Assembly (NCBI GenBank): GCA_046290225.1
Contig: JBKAGE010000034.1
Location: 288,001-352,000 of the forward strand
DNA length: 64,000 nucleotides
DNA from: Bradymonadia bacterium
GTDB lineage: Bacteria; Myxococcota_A; Bradymonadia; UBA7976; UBA1532
Direction of reading: 5' to 3'
Below, piece after piece: positions 21,321 through 34,722 of this stretch. The first letter of the stretch is position 1, and the number at the start of each line of letters is the position of its first letter. Under the pieces are notes generated by a model. The model saw nothing but the letters and a program-made list of their open reading frames with translations, was not told where the DNA came from and searched no databases. The position numbers and the translations under genes are program-made.

Positions 21321-22271
21321 TCAAGGTTCCCGTGGAGTTTCGGCGACGGTCGCCGGCGCGACCACAGGCAGAGTGAAGCCTCGAACCACCTTCGCGCGGC
21401 CGCTGGCCTCCACGTCGAGCAGCGCTCTGAGACGCCCATCGCCATCGAGCCCTCTGGCCCGGCCTTCGGCGACGCCGCTGACCTGAGTGGGGCGGCCATG
21501 GGCGACGTCATCGAGGGCGCGCCCCTGCAGCTGAACAGTGGGCAGCTCCACAGTGGCGTCGGTGAGGGAGAGCATCTTCACCCCTTCGAGGCCGACCTCC
21601 TGGAGTGTTTCGAGGGGCATGGCATCTACCACAGACCACGGCCCCACGAGGGTGCGCCGCAGGGCGGTCAGATGCGCACCGACGCCCAATGCCTGCCCCA
21701 CGTCGTGGGCGATGCTGCGGATGTAGGTGCCCTTGCTGCACTCGATGAACAGATTGAAGCTGTCGCCCGTGTGACCCCGCATCTCCAGGGTGTGCACGGT
21801 GACCGTCCGCACTGGCGCCTCCACGGCCTCACCCGCTCGGGCCAGCGCGTGCAGACGCTGGCCGTCGACTTTGATGGCCGAGAACGCTGGCGGACGCTGG
21901 TCGATGGTGCCTCGAAAAGCCTTGAGAGCCTCTTCGATGTCCGTGGTGGAGATGGCTTCCACCTGAGCATCCTCAGCTCGGGCGGTGATTTCACCTTCAG
22001 CGTCGTAGGTGTTGGTCTGCTCACCGAGTTTTACTGTGGCCTCATAGGCCTTGCTCTGCCCAGTGAGCATCTGCACCAGCTTGGTCCCCTGCCCCAAACA
22101 CACCACCATCAAACCGGTGGCCATGGGATCGAGGGTACCAGTGTGGCCTGCCTTGTTGGCGTTGAGGGCACGACGCACACGCTCGGTGAGAGAGAAGCTG
22201 GTGAGGCCCTTGGGCTTGTCCACCAGCAACACCCCGTCGATGTCGAGGCCCTTCTTCCTACGACGACCCAC
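21321..22271 (-). CDS. truB: tRNA pseudouridine(55) synthase
   Basis: GVLLVDKP, KAGHTGTLDPMATG, PPAFSAIKVDG, CSKGTYIRS. Confidence 0.97.
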   Translation of the reverse strand: MGRRRKKGLDIDGVLLVDKPKGLTSFSLTERVRRALNANKAGHTGTLDPMATGLMVVCLGQGTKLVQMLTGQSKAYEATVKLGEQTNTYDAEGEITARAEDAQVEAISTTDIEEALKAFRGTIDQRPPAFSAIKVDGQRLHALARAGEAVEAPVRTVTVHTLEMRGHTGDSFNLFIECSKGTYIRSIAHDVGQALGVGAHLTALRRTLVGPWSVVDAMPLETLQEVGLEGVKMLSLTDATVELPTVQLQGRALDDVAHGRPTQVSGVAEGRARGLDGDGRLRALLDVEASGRAKVVRGFTLPVVAPATVAETPREP

Positions 22272-22274
22272 CGA

Positions 22275-22724
22275 TCAGGACTCGCTGTCGTCTGGGATGT
22301 CGGTTACAGCGCCTTCGGACTCGGCAGAGGACTGTGCCTCAGAGATCTTTGACTCTGAGGCCACCTCGGCGTCGTGCTGTTTGATCTCGGCAAGCGCCCG
22401 ATCAATACGGGCGCCATAGTCGAGGGAGGGGTCGTATTTGAAGATCAAGGTGGGGGTGGTGCGCATCTGCACCCGCTGACCGAGCAGCCGGCGCAGATAA
22501 CCACTGGCACGCTCCAGGCCTCTCCTGGCCCGAGCCACGCGGGCCTCGTCTCCTTCAGTGACGAAGAAGACTTTGGCCTCACGCAGATCGCCGGTGATCT
22601 CCACATCGGTGATGGTGACACCCTTCACCGCGGGATCTTTGATCTCCAGGGTGACCGCCGTGGCGATGACCTCTCGAAGGAGAGAGGCCACCCGGCTGGT
22701 GCGATCGAACTGACGACGACTCAT
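22275..22724 (-). CDS. rbfA: Ribosome-binding factor A
   Basis: IKDP..VTITDVEITGDLREAKVF, RTTPTLIFKYD; lies between infB and truB. Confidence 0.95.
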   Translation of the reverse strand: MSRRQFDRTSRVASLLREVIATAVTLEIKDPAVKGVTITDVEITGDLREAKVFFVTEGDEARVARARRGLERASGYLRRLLGQRVQMRTTPTLIFKYDPSLDYGARIDRALAEIKQHDAEVASESKISEAQSSAESEGAVTDIPDDSES

Positions 22725-25700
22725 CAGTCGAGCTCGCGGCGGACTTCCTTGACCTCGTAGACGTCGAGGATGTCACCCTCTTGAACGTCGTTGAAGTCTT
22801 CGAGATCGATACCACACTCGTAGCCGGTGCCTACCTCGCGGACGTCGTTCTTAAAGCGCTTGAGACCCGAGATGCGGCCCTGGTGGACCTGCTCGCCCTC
22901 GCGCATGACCCGACAGAAGGCGTTGCGGAGCACCTTGCCGTCGGTGATGAAGCAACCGGCGATGGCGCCCACCTTGGGGATCCGGAAGACGGCGCGCACC
23001 TCGGCGGTGCCCAGCGCGCTCTCCACGAGATCCGGCGTGAGCATGCCGCTCATCATCTCCTTCACCGCATCGGTGAGGTCGTAGATGACCTGGTAGGTGG
23101 AGATGCGCACCTCCGCCTGGTCAGCCTGACGCTGCGCCTTGGTGTCGGCGCCGATGTTGAAGCCCACGATGACGGCCTGAGAGGCCCCGGCGAGGGTGAC
23201 GTCGGACTCACTCACCACACCGACGGCGTGGTGGATGACCTTGACCTCGACCTCGTCGTTGCTCATCTGCTCGACAGCCTGACGCACGGCCTCGAGGGAG
23301 CCCTGCACGTCGGCCTTGATGATGAGGTTGAGGCTCTCCTTCTTCTCCTCCTCTGCCTTCGCAGCGAAGAGATCGAGGGGGTTCGGCGCCGCAGCCTTGC
23401 GGGCCGCCTCACGGGCCTTGACGGTCCGGGTCTCGACGACCTTCTTGGCGTCACGCTCGTTCTTGGCGAGGCCAAAGGCTTCACCGGCAGGCGGCACACC
23501 GTTCAGGCCGAGGACCTCCACCGGAGTGGAAGGGCCAGCCTCTTTGATGCGCTGCCCGTGATCGTCGAGCATGGCACGTACGCGGCCGTAGAAAGAGCCA
23601 GCGACGAGGTAGTCACCCTGCTTGAGGGTACCCTCTTCGACGAGCACGGTGGCCACAGGACCACGACCCTTGTCGAGGCGGCCTTCGATGACGTGACCGA
23701 AGGCAGGCTTCTTGGGGTTGGCCTTGAGCTCGAGCACCTCGGACTGCAGCGCCAGGCTCTCGAGGAGCTCGTCGACGCCGTTGCCGTTGAGGGCGCTCAC
23801 GGGGGCGAACATGACGTCACCACCCCACTCTTCGGGCACCAGCTCGTACTTGGTCAGCTCTTGCTTGATCCGCTCGGGATCAGCGCCGGGCTTGTCCATC
23901 TTGTTCACGGCCACCACGATGGGCACCTCTGCGGCGCGGGCGTGGTTGATGGCCTCGACGGTCTGGGGCATGACCCCGTCGTCGGCGGCCACCACGAGGA
24001 CCACGATGTCGGTGACCTGAGCACCGCGAGCACGCATGGCGGTAAAGGCGGCGTGGCCAGGGGTGTCCAGGAAGACGACGTTGCCCTGGCTCACGGGCAC
24101 CTTGTAGGCGCCGATGTGCTGGGTGATGCCACCGGCCTCGCCCACCGCTACGCTCGCGGAGCGAATGCGGTCGAGCAAGGTGGTCTTGCCGTGGTCGACG
24201 TGGCCCATGATGGTGACCACGGGGGCACGAAGTTCGGCATCCGGATCTTCCTCGAGCACGGCAGCGTCAGTGGCCACAGAGAGGACGTTGTCCTCCTGGA
24301 AGGCCACGTTGGCGACGGTGTAGTTGTACTCGGTGGCCAGCAACTCAGCGGTCTCGATGTCGATCTGCTGGTTGATGGTGACCATCATGCCCATGCCGAT
24401 GAGCTTCTTCAGGAGCTCGTTGGCCTTGACCCCCATCTCCTTGCCGAGCTCACCGACGCTGATGGTCTCGTCGATGCGTACGATACGCTTGTGCTCGGCG
24501 GGCGTGGTGAGGATGGTCTTGGCGCCCTTGGACCGCGAGGTCCTGCGCTTGCCACCCATCCGGCCCATACGACCACGGCCGTTGCCGTAGAGATCGTCGC
24601 GGGTCAGCTGCCGCTTGCGGCCCTGGTTCCGGTTCCGCGGACCACCGCGATCGTCACGATCGGTGGTGTGACCACCAGGCCGACGACGACGATCGTCCTT
24701 GCCCGACGCCCCGGGAGGCGGCGGCGGCATGTTGGTGGGGTTGAACGGACGCGCGGGACCGCCACCACCAGGGCGACCGGTGCCGGGGCGGCCGGTGCCG
24801 GGGCGGCCGGTGCCGGGGCGACCGGTGCCTGGACGGCCCGTGCCAGGACGACCACCAGGACGACCCGTGCTGCGCTGGGGACGCTGGGTCCGGCGCTTGA
24901 GGGTGTCGAGATCGATGGTACCGAGCACGCGAGCGCCACCAGCAGATCCCGTGGGGCGGTTGGCCTGCCCGGGACGCACAGTGGGACCCTGGCCAGCAGG
25001 CCGCCGACGCTCCGGCTCGCCCTGACGGGCAGGCCGACGCTCGGGACCGCTGCGCTCACCAGATTCAGGCTTGGCAGGGGCGTTGCCCTCAGCCTGCGCT
25101 GCGGGCTTCGCCTCAGCTGGAGCAGCTTCGGCCTTGGCCTCACTCTGCGCAGCGATCGCCTGCTCCGAAGCAGCCTTGGCCGGCGCCTGCTCGGCAGGTG
25201 CAGCCTCAGGTGCCTTCGGCGCAGCAGCCTCGGGGGCCTTTGGCGTCGCCTCGACGGCGGGCGCCACTGGCGCCTGAGCCGTAGCGGTCACCTCAGCTGC
25301 AGCAGCTTGAGGCGCCTCGGCGGCCTTTGGCTCAGCCTTGACTGGCTGCGGCTCGGGGCGTGCGGACGCACCAGGGCGCGCCTCTGCCTCGGTCCGACGA
25401 CCAGGCCGGCTGGCCACGGAGGGGCGCTCCGGACGGCGAGGCACCGCCGGCCGCTCTGGCCGGATGGGCCGCGCGGGGGCCACAGGGGAGCGGCTGGATC
25501 CACCGCTGTCGGCTGGGGCCTTCTTGCGTCGACGACGCACGACACCCGCACCAGTCCCCTCGAGCTGCTCCTCTTTACGAGGGGACCGCTCTGATTCAAT
25601 GGCCTTGCGCAGCCGAGATTCGTTCTCGGAGCTGAGGACCGACATGTAGTTCTTCACGTCGATCTTGAGCTGGTCGCACCGCTTGAGCAGATCGCGGTGG

Positions 25701-25744
25701 TCCATACCGAGCTCTTTGGCGACTTGGAAGACTCTCTTGCCCAT
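22724..25744 (-). CDS. infB: Translation initiation factor IF-2
   Basis: [11 protein letters not shown]-domain, [32 protein letters not shown]. Confidence 0.98.
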   Translation of the reverse strand: MGKRVFQVAKELGMDHRDLLKRCDQLKIDVKNYMSVLSSENESRLRKAIESERSPRKEEQLEGTGAGVVRRRRKKAPADSGGSSRSPVAPARPIRPERPAVPRRPERPSVASRPGRRTEAEARPGASARPEPQPVKAEPKAAEAPQAAAAEVTATAQAPVAPAVEATPKAPEAAAPKAPEAAPAEQAPAKAASEQAIAAQSEAKAEAAPAEAKPAAQAEGNAPAKPESGERSGPERRPARQGEPERRRPAGQGPTVRPGQANRPTGSAGGARVLGTIDLDTLKRRTQRPQRSTGRPGGRPGTGRPGTGRPGTGRPGTGRPGTGRPGGGGPARPFNPTNMPPPPPGASGKDDRRRRPGGHTTDRDDRGGPRNRNQGRKRQLTRDDLYGNGRGRMGRMGGKRRTSRSKGAKTILTTPAEHKRIVRIDETISVGELGKEMGVKANELLKKLIGMGMMVTINQQIDIETAELLATEYNYTVANVAFQEDNVLSVATDAAVLEEDPDAELRAPVVTIMGHVDHGKTTLLDRIRSASVAVGEAGGITQHIGAYKVPVSQGNVVFLDTPGHAAFTAMRARGAQVTDIVVLVVAADDGVMPQTVEAINHARAAEVPIVVAVNKMDKPGADPERIKQELTKYELVPEEWGGDVMFAPVSALNGNGVDELLESLALQSEVLELKANPKKPAFGHVIEGRLDKGRGPVATVLVEEGTLKQGDYLVAGSFYGRVRAMLDDHGQRIKEAGPSTPVEVLGLNGVPPAGEAFGLAKNERDAKKVVETRTVKAREAARKAAAPNPLDLFAAKAEEEKKESLNLIIKADVQGSLEAVRQAVEQMSNDEVEVKVIHHAVGVVSESDVTLAGASQAVIVGFNIGADTKAQRQADQAEVRISTYQVIYDLTDAVKEMMSGMLTPDLVESALGTAEVRAVFRIPKVGAIAGCFITDGKVLRNAFCRVMREGEQVHQGRISGLKRFKNDVREVGTGYECGIDLEDFNDVQEGDILDVYEVKEVRRELD
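24768..24868 (-). repeat. Coding 15-bp tandem repeat (GRPGT x5) inside infB
   Basis: Near-identical CCGGTGCCGGGGCGG-type units encoding GRPGT. Confidence 0.8.
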
Positions 25745-25806
25745 GCGTTCTCCCGCCGACAGCACATTGAGGCCGTCAAGGGTCGTACCTAGTAAAGGTT
25801 TCGGGG

Positions 25807-26439
25807 TCAGCCCGCAACCAAAACCCGGCGCCGGCGTTCCAGTTCAATTTTGACTCTGCTGGCGAACGCGTCGTCCAGCAGCGCGAGGGCGGCGACGGGC
25901 GCCCCCCCCTGAGTCTCTCCGAGCCAGGCGCGATCTCCGAAGACGATCGCCTCTGCCTCCACCGCCCGTGCGGTTCGTAAGATCCGCTCGGAGGTGCCCT
26001 CGGCGGCGTTCTCGGCCACGAGGGTCAGATTCAATTTACCCCCCTTGAGCCCCGAGAGAATCCGCTCGGTGCCCACGAGGGCTTTTCGGGCCCTGCGGGC
26101 GAGCCGCAGGGTGTCGTCGAGGCGACCATCGATGGCCTCGACGAGCATGGCGGTGAGGGCCTCTTCATCGGGTAGCTCGGTGGCTTCCCCTTTGAAGGCC
26201 CGGGCCAGAGCCCTGCGTTTCACCGCCGCCCGGATGGCCTGAGCGTCGTAGCTCAGGTGGGCACCCCGCCCTGGGGCCTTGAGGTGCCGGTCGATCCGAA
26301 TGATGCCGTCTGGGCCACAGACCAGACGGGCCATGTCTCCTCGAGGATACTGCTCACGGGTCCCGATGCAGGTCCGTGTGGGTCCCTCAGGACGCGGCCG
26401 GGCCACTCGAGGGCCCTTCCGGCGTCCGCCGCGAGACAC
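25807..26439 (-). CDS. YlxR/DUF448 (RnpM-like) domain fused to an L7Ae/YlxQ-like domain
   Basis: PTRTCIG..R...KAPGRGAH (YlxR), then LVGTERILSGLKGG...LVAENAA (L7Ae-like); lies between nusA and infB. Confidence 0.82.
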   Translation of the reverse strand: MSRGGRRKGPRVARPRPEGPTRTCIGTREQYPRGDMARLVCGPDGIIRIDRHLKAPGRGAHLSYDAQAIRAAVKRRALARAFKGEATELPDEEALTAMLVEAIDGRLDDTLRLARRARKALVGTERILSGLKGGKLNLTLVAENAAEGTSERILRTARAVEAEAIVFGDRAWLGETQGGAPVAALALLDDAFASRVKIELERRRRVLVAG

Positions 26440-26442
26440 GGC

Positions 26443-28161
<1,719 letters not shown>

Positions 28162-28378
28162 GTACGTCGCCCTGTCCAGGTGCCGCCCTCTCTCGGGTCG
28201 GCGCTTACTCGCTGCATCAGCGGCCCCTGACCTCACCTGAGGCCCGGGGGCGTGCTCTCCTCTCCGGCACCTGTGCCGGAGATGGACGGATATGGACCAC
28301 CGCAGACCTCGCGTCAAGGTCTACGCTGGAGATGGGATACACGATGCCCGGCGGGGCCCCGTGCACCGCCTGCGTGCT

Positions 28379-29011
28379 CTACTTCTTCCGGCCCTTGGTG
28401 GAAGGTGCGTCGAAGGCATACTTCAGACGGGCCTTCTGAATGTCGGCGATGGCGAGGGTGAAGATCTCGCCGTCGACCCGAATGTCGAGGGTGCTGCCCA
28501 CGAGCTCGACGTGGGCGCTGTCAGCATCGCCCCGGGCGGCCCCGGGGTGCACGGCGATGATCTCGCCGGAGAATCGTTTACGGCCGTCGAGGGGCTCGCT
28601 CAAGGTCACCGCGGCACTCTCCCCCACCTGGGCGGCGAACTGCGCCGCAGACATCAGGGGGCGGTCGAGGCCCGGGGAAGACACCCGCAACTCGTAAGCC
28701 TGAGGGATCGGATCTTCCACGTCGAGGGCCGCAGAGGCCTCCCGGCTGACCTTGGCGCAGTCGTCGATGCCCACGCCGTTCTCACCGTCGATGTAGAGCC
28801 AGAGCACGAGCCGGTGGCCCTCACGGGCCAGCTCGATGCCCACCAGCACATAACCCAACCCCTCGGCGAGGGGGCCGACGATCTCGCGTACGGCCATAGG
28901 CACTGGGCGTGCTGCCGAACCAATGAGCTCGTCACCCTCGAAGGACACCTTCGAGGTCGCGACGATTTTGGCGTCGGCGTTATGGGGGGCAGTGTGTTCC
29001 AAATTCTCCAT
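28379..29011 (-). CDS. rimP: Ribosome maturation factor RimP
   Basis: LWLYID..GVGIDDCAKVSR, YELRVSSPGLDRPL, IQKARL. Exact start uncertain. Confidence 0.95.
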   Translation of the reverse strand: MENLEHTAPHNADAKIVATSKVSFEGDELIGSAARPVPMAVREIVGPLAEGLGYVLVGIELAREGHRLVLWLYIDGENGVGIDDCAKVSREASAALDVEDPIPQAYELRVSSPGLDRPLMSAAQFAAQVGESAAVTLSEPLDGRKRFSGEIIAVHPGAARGDADSAHVELVGSTLDIRVDGEIFTLAIADIQKARLKYAFDAPSTKGRKK

Positions 29012-29081
29012 CAACTTGTGAAGGTGATTGGGTGTCGATGCGGAATGACTTGGCCAGACCTGATGGGTGTGCAGGCTGACA

Positions 29082-29110
29082 AATTAAAAGGGAGGGTTTG
29101 GGCCCTCCCT
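29082..29110 (-). terminator. Terminator-like hairpin upstream of rimP (rimP-leader type, or the sucD terminator)
   Basis: Minus strand AGGGAGGG-CCCAAA-CCCTCCCT followed by TTTAATTT. Confidence 0.7.
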
Positions 29111-29199
29111 GTCATCCCCGAAACGGCCGGATGAGTACCACGCCCTCGGCGGAGGGCGCAAGTCTTTTGCTTCTGAGGCCTCGAGAGACCGTCAGTTCT

Positions 29200-30087
<888 letters not shown>

Positions 30088-30114
30088 GTTAACTCTCCTT
30101 TAAGATCTCTGTGC

Positions 30115-31284
30115 TCAGGCGCTCTGGTTCAGGGCTTCGATGATCAGCTTGGCGCCGGTGGCCATGTCGTCGGCGGGCAGCAGGTTCAGGCCGCTCTCGG
30201 CGAGAATCTTCTTGCCCAGCTCCACGTTGGTGCCGGCGAGGCGGACGGCGACGGGCACGGTGAGGCCCAGATCCTTGGCGGCGGCGACGACACCGTTGGC
30301 GATGACGTCGCACTTCATGATGCCGCCGAAGATGTTCACGAAGACACCCTTCACGTTCTCGTCGCTCAGGATGATCTTGAAGGCCTGGGTCACCTTCTCG
30401 GTGGTGGCGCCGCCACCCACGTCGAGGAAGTTCGCCGGCTCGCCACCGAACTGCTTGATGATGTCCATGGTGGCCATGGCGAGGCCGGCGCCGTTCACCA
30501 TGCAGCCGATGTTGCCATCGAGGCTGATGTAGTTGAGGTCGTACTTGCTGGCCTCGACCTCTTTGGGATCCTCTTCGTCGAGATCTCGCAGCTCCACGAT
30601 GTCGGGGTGCCGGTAGAGGGCGTTGCTGTCGAAGTTGATCTTGGCGTCGAGGGCGATGATGTCGCCGCTGCCCGTGACCACCAGGGGGTTGATCTCAAGC
30701 AGAGAGCAATCCGTCTCGGTGAAGGCCTTGTAGAGGGCCTTCATGAAGGCGCCGGCCTTGCGCACGGTCTTGCCCTCGAGGCCGAGGCCGTAGGCGAGGT
30801 TCCGCGTCTGGTAATCGGAGAGACCCACGGTGGGATCGATCCACTCTTTGAGGATCTTCTCGGGGGTGTGGGCAGCGACCTCTTCGATCTCGGTGCCACC
30901 CTCGGTGCTGGCCATGAAGCACAGCTGGCTGGTCTCGCGGTCGAGGACCACGCCGAGGTAGAGCTCCCGAGCGATGTCGGCGCCTTCCTCGATGTAGATG
31001 CGCTTGACCTCTTTGCCCTCGGGGCCCGTCTGGTGGGTCACCAGGGTCATGCCGAGGATCTCCTCGGAGAGCGTGCGGACTTCTTCAATGGAGCGAGCGA
31101 GCTTCACCCCGCCGCCCTTGCCACGCCCACCGGCGTGGATCTGCGCCTTGACCACCCAGACGGGCCCGCCCAGCTCTTCAGCGGCGGCGACAGCCTCGTC
31201 CACGGTGAAAGCGGCCTTTCCCCGGGGTACAGTGACCCCGTAGGCCTTGATGACTTCCTTGGCCTGGTACTCGTGAATGTTCAT
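30115..31284 (-). CDS. sucC: Succinyl-CoA synthetase beta subunit
   Basis: [51 protein letters not shown]. Confidence 0.98.
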   Translation of the reverse strand: MNIHEYQAKEVIKAYGVTVPRGKAAFTVDEAVAAAEELGGPVWVVKAQIHAGGRGKGGGVKLARSIEEVRTLSEEILGMTLVTHQTGPEGKEVKRIYIEEGADIARELYLGVVLDRETSQLCFMASTEGGTEIEEVAAHTPEKILKEWIDPTVGLSDYQTRNLAYGLGLEGKTVRKAGAFMKALYKAFTETDCSLLEINPLVVTGSGDIIALDAKINFDSNALYRHPDIVELRDLDEEDPKEVEASKYDLNYISLDGNIGCMVNGAGLAMATMDIIKQFGGEPANFLDVGGGATTEKVTQAFKIILSDENVKGVFVNIFGGIMKCDVIANGVVAAAKDLGLTVPVAVRLAGTNVELGKKILAESGLNLLPADDMATGAKLIIEALNQSA

Positions 31285-31519
31285 CCGTACTCGCTCTCCG
31301 GCGATGAATGCCTTTGGTTGTGGTGCCCATCATGGACAGGTCACCTCGCTCGCCGGTTTCTCTACCCCGTTTGGCCGCCGTTGGCCAGCGGAACGCCATC
31401 TCTCGCGGAGAACGGTGCTTCAAAACGGCGCAAGGAGTTGCGCCCTTCGCTGAAGGGGTCCACGATTCGGCTTCAGCGATCCCGGCGGTGTCTGGGACGA
31501 TGTCCGACTTCGAGGCGTA

Positions 31520-33376
31520 ATGACGTCGCTCTTGTCCCGCAGGTTTCCCCTGCGGACGAAGGTCACATTGTTGTTGCTGGCTCTGAGCCTCGCGCCCCTC
31601 GTGCTGAACGGCGTGATCAACGAGAGCCAGGCGGTGGAGCACGGCCGCGAGCAGGCCCGTCACCAAGTAGACCAGGCGGCGAAGGTCACTGCTCGGGCTC
31701 TGGGCCTGCGCCTCAACCAGGTCATGGACGAGCTCCGCGGCCTCGCCCGACACATCCCCGTAGATCCTGCGATGTTCGATCAGCGCCGCCGCGAGGGCGA
31801 CGGCGCCCCCCACCCTGCGCCGCACATCCGCGGCTGGCAGCTGGTCCACGCCTTCGTCGGGCTGGAACCTCTCTACATGCGCGCCTTCGTGGCCCAGCGA
31901 GACGGTCACGTGCTCTTCACGACGCCGTTTCTCTCGTTGAAGGGCCCCGTCTCTCTCGCCGAGGCGCCCTGGTTCTCGGGCATGGCCGCCGAAGGTGGCG
32001 TGTTTCTGATGGATGTTCCCGGCCTCACCCCGATGCCGGCACCGGCGCCAGTGGCGCTGACACCCATCTATGACGGGCCAGACACCCCCGTCGCCTGGCT
32101 CGGGGTGGTCCTCGACCGGGCCCGCCTCATGGAGATCACCGATCTCTATCGGGACGACGCGCTCCCCTTTCAGCAAACCATGGTGGTCGACCCCGTGGGC
32201 ACCTACGGCGCCCACACCGTGCCTCGACAGATTGGCCAGGCGATCCCTCGCTGGCTCGCAGCGAGCATGGCCGAGGGCGATCGCATCGCCGAGCGCGCGG
32301 TGGACGATCAAGCACACCTCGTCGCTCACTACTCCGTGGCTGACACGAAGTGGCACCTCGTGATGACCGTACCCACAGTAGAAGCCTTCCGCTCAGTGCA
32401 TCGCCTGATGTGGTTCTCGAGCGTCGTGATTCTGCTCACCTTCATCTTCGTCCTGCTCTTCGCGAACACCGTGGCGGATGTACTGCTCAAGCCCATTCAC
32501 GAACTGGAACAGGGGGCAGAGATGCTCGGCGCCGGGGCCCTGGACTACCGCATCAAGCTCGACAGCCACGGTGAAGATGAGCTGGGGCGCCTCGCCGGCA
32601 CCTTCAACCGCATGGGCGACAACCTGCTCGACAGCCAGAAGCGCACCGAGGCCTACGCCCGGAACCTCGAGGTGGCTCAGCAAGAGCTCGACGCCATGGT
32701 CTTCGCCATCACCCATGACTTGAAGAAGTCGCTCCGAGGCATCGAAGCCTTCGCCAACTTTCTGCAGGAAGACTACAGCGAGGTCGTGGACGAAGAGGGC
32801 CAGGATCTCCTCGGCGCCATCACCGTGAACGTGCACCGGATCAATCACCTCGCGGACGATCTCATCGGCCTCGTAGAAGATGAACGCACCACCAGCGAGC
32901 GCAGCAGGTTCGGTATGGAAGGCCTACTTCAGGAAGCCCGGGAGCGCTCTTTGGAGCAGTGCACCGGGGAGATCGTGCTGCCCCCAGATCTGCCCAGCAT
33001 CATGGCTGACCGGGATCGCCTGCTCCTCGTCTTCGTGAACCTCATGACCAACGGGCTCAAGTTCAACCAGAGCGGTGCCCCCACGGTGACCTTGAGCTGT
33101 GAAGATCTCGGGGTGTACTGGCAGTTCGAGGTGGCCGACAACGGCATTGGGATCGAACCCCGCTACCACGAGCAAATCTTCGAGCTGTTCAGCCGGCTGA
33201 ACCACATCGACGAATACGAAGGCACAGGGACCGGCCTCAACCTCGCCCGACGCATCGTCGAGGAGCACCGGGGTACCCTCGCGGTGGATTCTGCCCCCGA
33301 CGAGGGCACGCGCTTCATCGTCACGCTGCCCAAAGATCCAGCGTTGTTGACCTCACCTGGGGTCGCCGATCTCTAG
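31520..33376 (+). CDS. Membrane sensor histidine kinase (periplasmic Cache-like, HAMP, HisKA, HATPase)
   Basis: Two TM helices, HAMP (DELGRLAGTFNRM), H-box ITHDLKK, NLMTNGLKF, DNGIGI, GTGTGLNL. Confidence 0.92.
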   Translation: MTSLLSRRFPLRTKVTLLLLALSLAPLVLNGVINESQAVEHGREQARHQVDQAAKVTARALGLRLNQVMDELRGLARHIPVDPAMFDQRRREGDGAPHPAPHIRGWQLVHAFVGLEPLYMRAFVAQRDGHVLFTTPFLSLKGPVSLAEAPWFSGMAAEGGVFLMDVPGLTPMPAPAPVALTPIYDGPDTPVAWLGVVLDRARLMEITDLYRDDALPFQQTMVVDPVGTYGAHTVPRQIGQAIPRWLAASMAEGDRIAERAVDDQAHLVAHYSVADTKWHLVMTVPTVEAFRSVHRLMWFSSVVILLTFIFVLLFANTVADVLLKPIHELEQGAEMLGAGALDYRIKLDSHGEDELGRLAGTFNRMGDNLLDSQKRTEAYARNLEVAQQELDAMVFAITHDLKKSLRGIEAFANFLQEDYSEVVDEEGQDLLGAITVNVHRINHLADDLIGLVEDERTTSERSRFGMEGLLQEARERSLEQCTGEIVLPPDLPSIMADRDRLLLVFVNLMTNGLKFNQSGAPTVTLSCEDLGVYWQFEVADNGIGIEPRYHEQIFELFSRLNHIDEYEGTGTGLNLARRIVEEHRGTLAVDSAPDEGTRFIVTLPKDPALLTSPGVADL

Positions 33377-33457
33377 CCGTTCTCCAGGCATTGTGTTGAT
33401 ACGCGGCAAAATCCGTTAGACTCCCGCCCTTCAAAACGCGCAGCGAAGGTGGTGGCC

Positions 33458-34186
33458 ATGGGCCTGTTCGACATGTTCAGCAAAAAAGAGACGCCGGCCA
33501 AGGTGGACAAGCTGGTGAAGCGGTTCCTCAACGAGCATCAGCAGCAGCCGATCCGGCAAGAGGCCCTCGAAGAGCTGGCGAGCTACGAGATCCCCGAGGC
33601 TGTGGGTGGCCTCATCAAGCGTCTCGGGGTGAACTTCAAGGACACGATCGTCAACGAGCAGGAGAAGAAGTGGGTGTCCAACGTGCTCGTGGAGCGCTTC
33701 GGCGCCCGGGCGGTGGAGCCCCTCGTGGCCTTCGTGAAGAGCGAGCAGACCATCTCTGCGGTCATCGGCGTGCTCGGCCGGCTGGTCTCCGAAGATCACC
33801 TCGTGGGTCACCTCGTCGAAGCCCTGCAAAGCCACGCCCCCAAAGACCACCGGACCATCAGCGCTCGGCTGCAGTTGGTGGACGCCCTCTCTGATCACGA
33901 AGATGAGCGGGTGGTGCCTGCCCTGGTGCCCTACCTCGACGATCACGACGACGACGTGCGGATCAAGGTGATGGACACCCTCGAGCGCCGCAGCGCCCAC
34001 ACTCCCGATGTGGTGGTGGGGCTCGTGGGCGTGCTCACCGATCCTGAGGCCAGCGGGCGTCTCACCCGTCGCGCCGCGGCGGTGCTCGCTCACCTCAAGG
34101 CCGATCTCTCGGATCACATCTCAGCCATCGACGATCTGGTGCCTGAGGGCTTCACGCTCCAGGGCAAGCACCTCGTCCAGGCGTAG
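33458..34186 (+). CDS. HEAT-repeat protein
   Basis: LVPYLDDHDDDVRIKVMDTL and similar helical repeats; AAGGTGG SD. Confidence 0.75.
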   Translation: MGLFDMFSKKETPAKVDKLVKRFLNEHQQQPIRQEALEELASYEIPEAVGGLIKRLGVNFKDTIVNEQEKKWVSNVLVERFGARAVEPLVAFVKSEQTISAVIGVLGRLVSEDHLVGHLVEALQSHAPKDHRTISARLQLVDALSDHEDERVVPALVPYLDDHDDDVRIKVMDTLERRSAHTPDVVVGLVGVLTDPEASGRLTRRAAAVLAHLKADLSDHISAIDDLVPEGFTLQGKHLVQA

Positions 34187-34200
34187 TCAATCGGTCTGGC

Positions 34201-34608
34201 CTACTTGTCCTTGAGGATCTGCTCGATGGTCTGAGCGTCGGCAGGTGGGAACTCGTACTGGTCCATCTCCGAGGGCTTGACCCATCGCCAGTCGTGCACC
34301 TTCACCGACTTGATCTCCTCGCTGAGCAGCTCGCAGCGATACACACACAAATCGATGGTGTAGTCGGGGTAGTCGTGCTTGATGAACATCGAGAGCTTGC
34401 CCACCTTGATCTCGATCTCCATCTCTTCTTTGATCTCGCGGATCAGGGCCTCTGCGTCGGTTTCACCCGCCTCGACCTTGCCGCTGGGGAACTCCCAGAG
34501 CAATGGCAGGCTCGCCGTGGGGCGCCGCTGGGTGATCAGGAACCGACCATCCTTCTCGATCTCTGCTGCCACCACGCGAATCGAACGTGGCTCCAGGTCT
34601 TCTGCCAT
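34201..34608 (-). CDS. NUDIX hydrolase, MutT/NudG-like
   Basis: WEFPSGKVEAGETDAEALIREIKEE Nudix box; FPPAD. Confidence 0.92.
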   Translation of the reverse strand: MAEDLEPRSIRVVAAEIEKDGRFLITQRRPTASLPLLWEFPSGKVEAGETDAEALIREIKEEMEIEIKVGKLSMFIKHDYPDYTIDLCVYRCELLSEEIKSVKVHDWRWVKPSEMDQYEFPPADAQTIEQILKDK

Positions 34609-34639
34609 CAATGCCCTCCGCTGTCGTTCAGCGCTCTAT

Positions 34640-34699
34640 GCTCAGGTTGACTGCGCTCAGGTTGCCTGCGCTCAGATTACCTGCGCTCAGATTGCCTGT
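34640..34699. repeat. Intergenic tandem direct repeat, 4 x 15 bp
   Basis: GCTCAGGTTGACTGC / GCTCAGGTTGCCTGC / GCTCAGATTACCTGC / GCTCAGATTGCCTGT, between the mltD-like stop and the NUDIX start. Confidence 0.9.
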
Positions 34700-34722
34700 A
34701 CTTCGGGATTTCGTACCTGGGA

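Noticed and set aside
34640..34699. Possible mini-CRISPR array
   Set aside because: Units are 15 bp and contiguous with no unique spacers; no cas genes.
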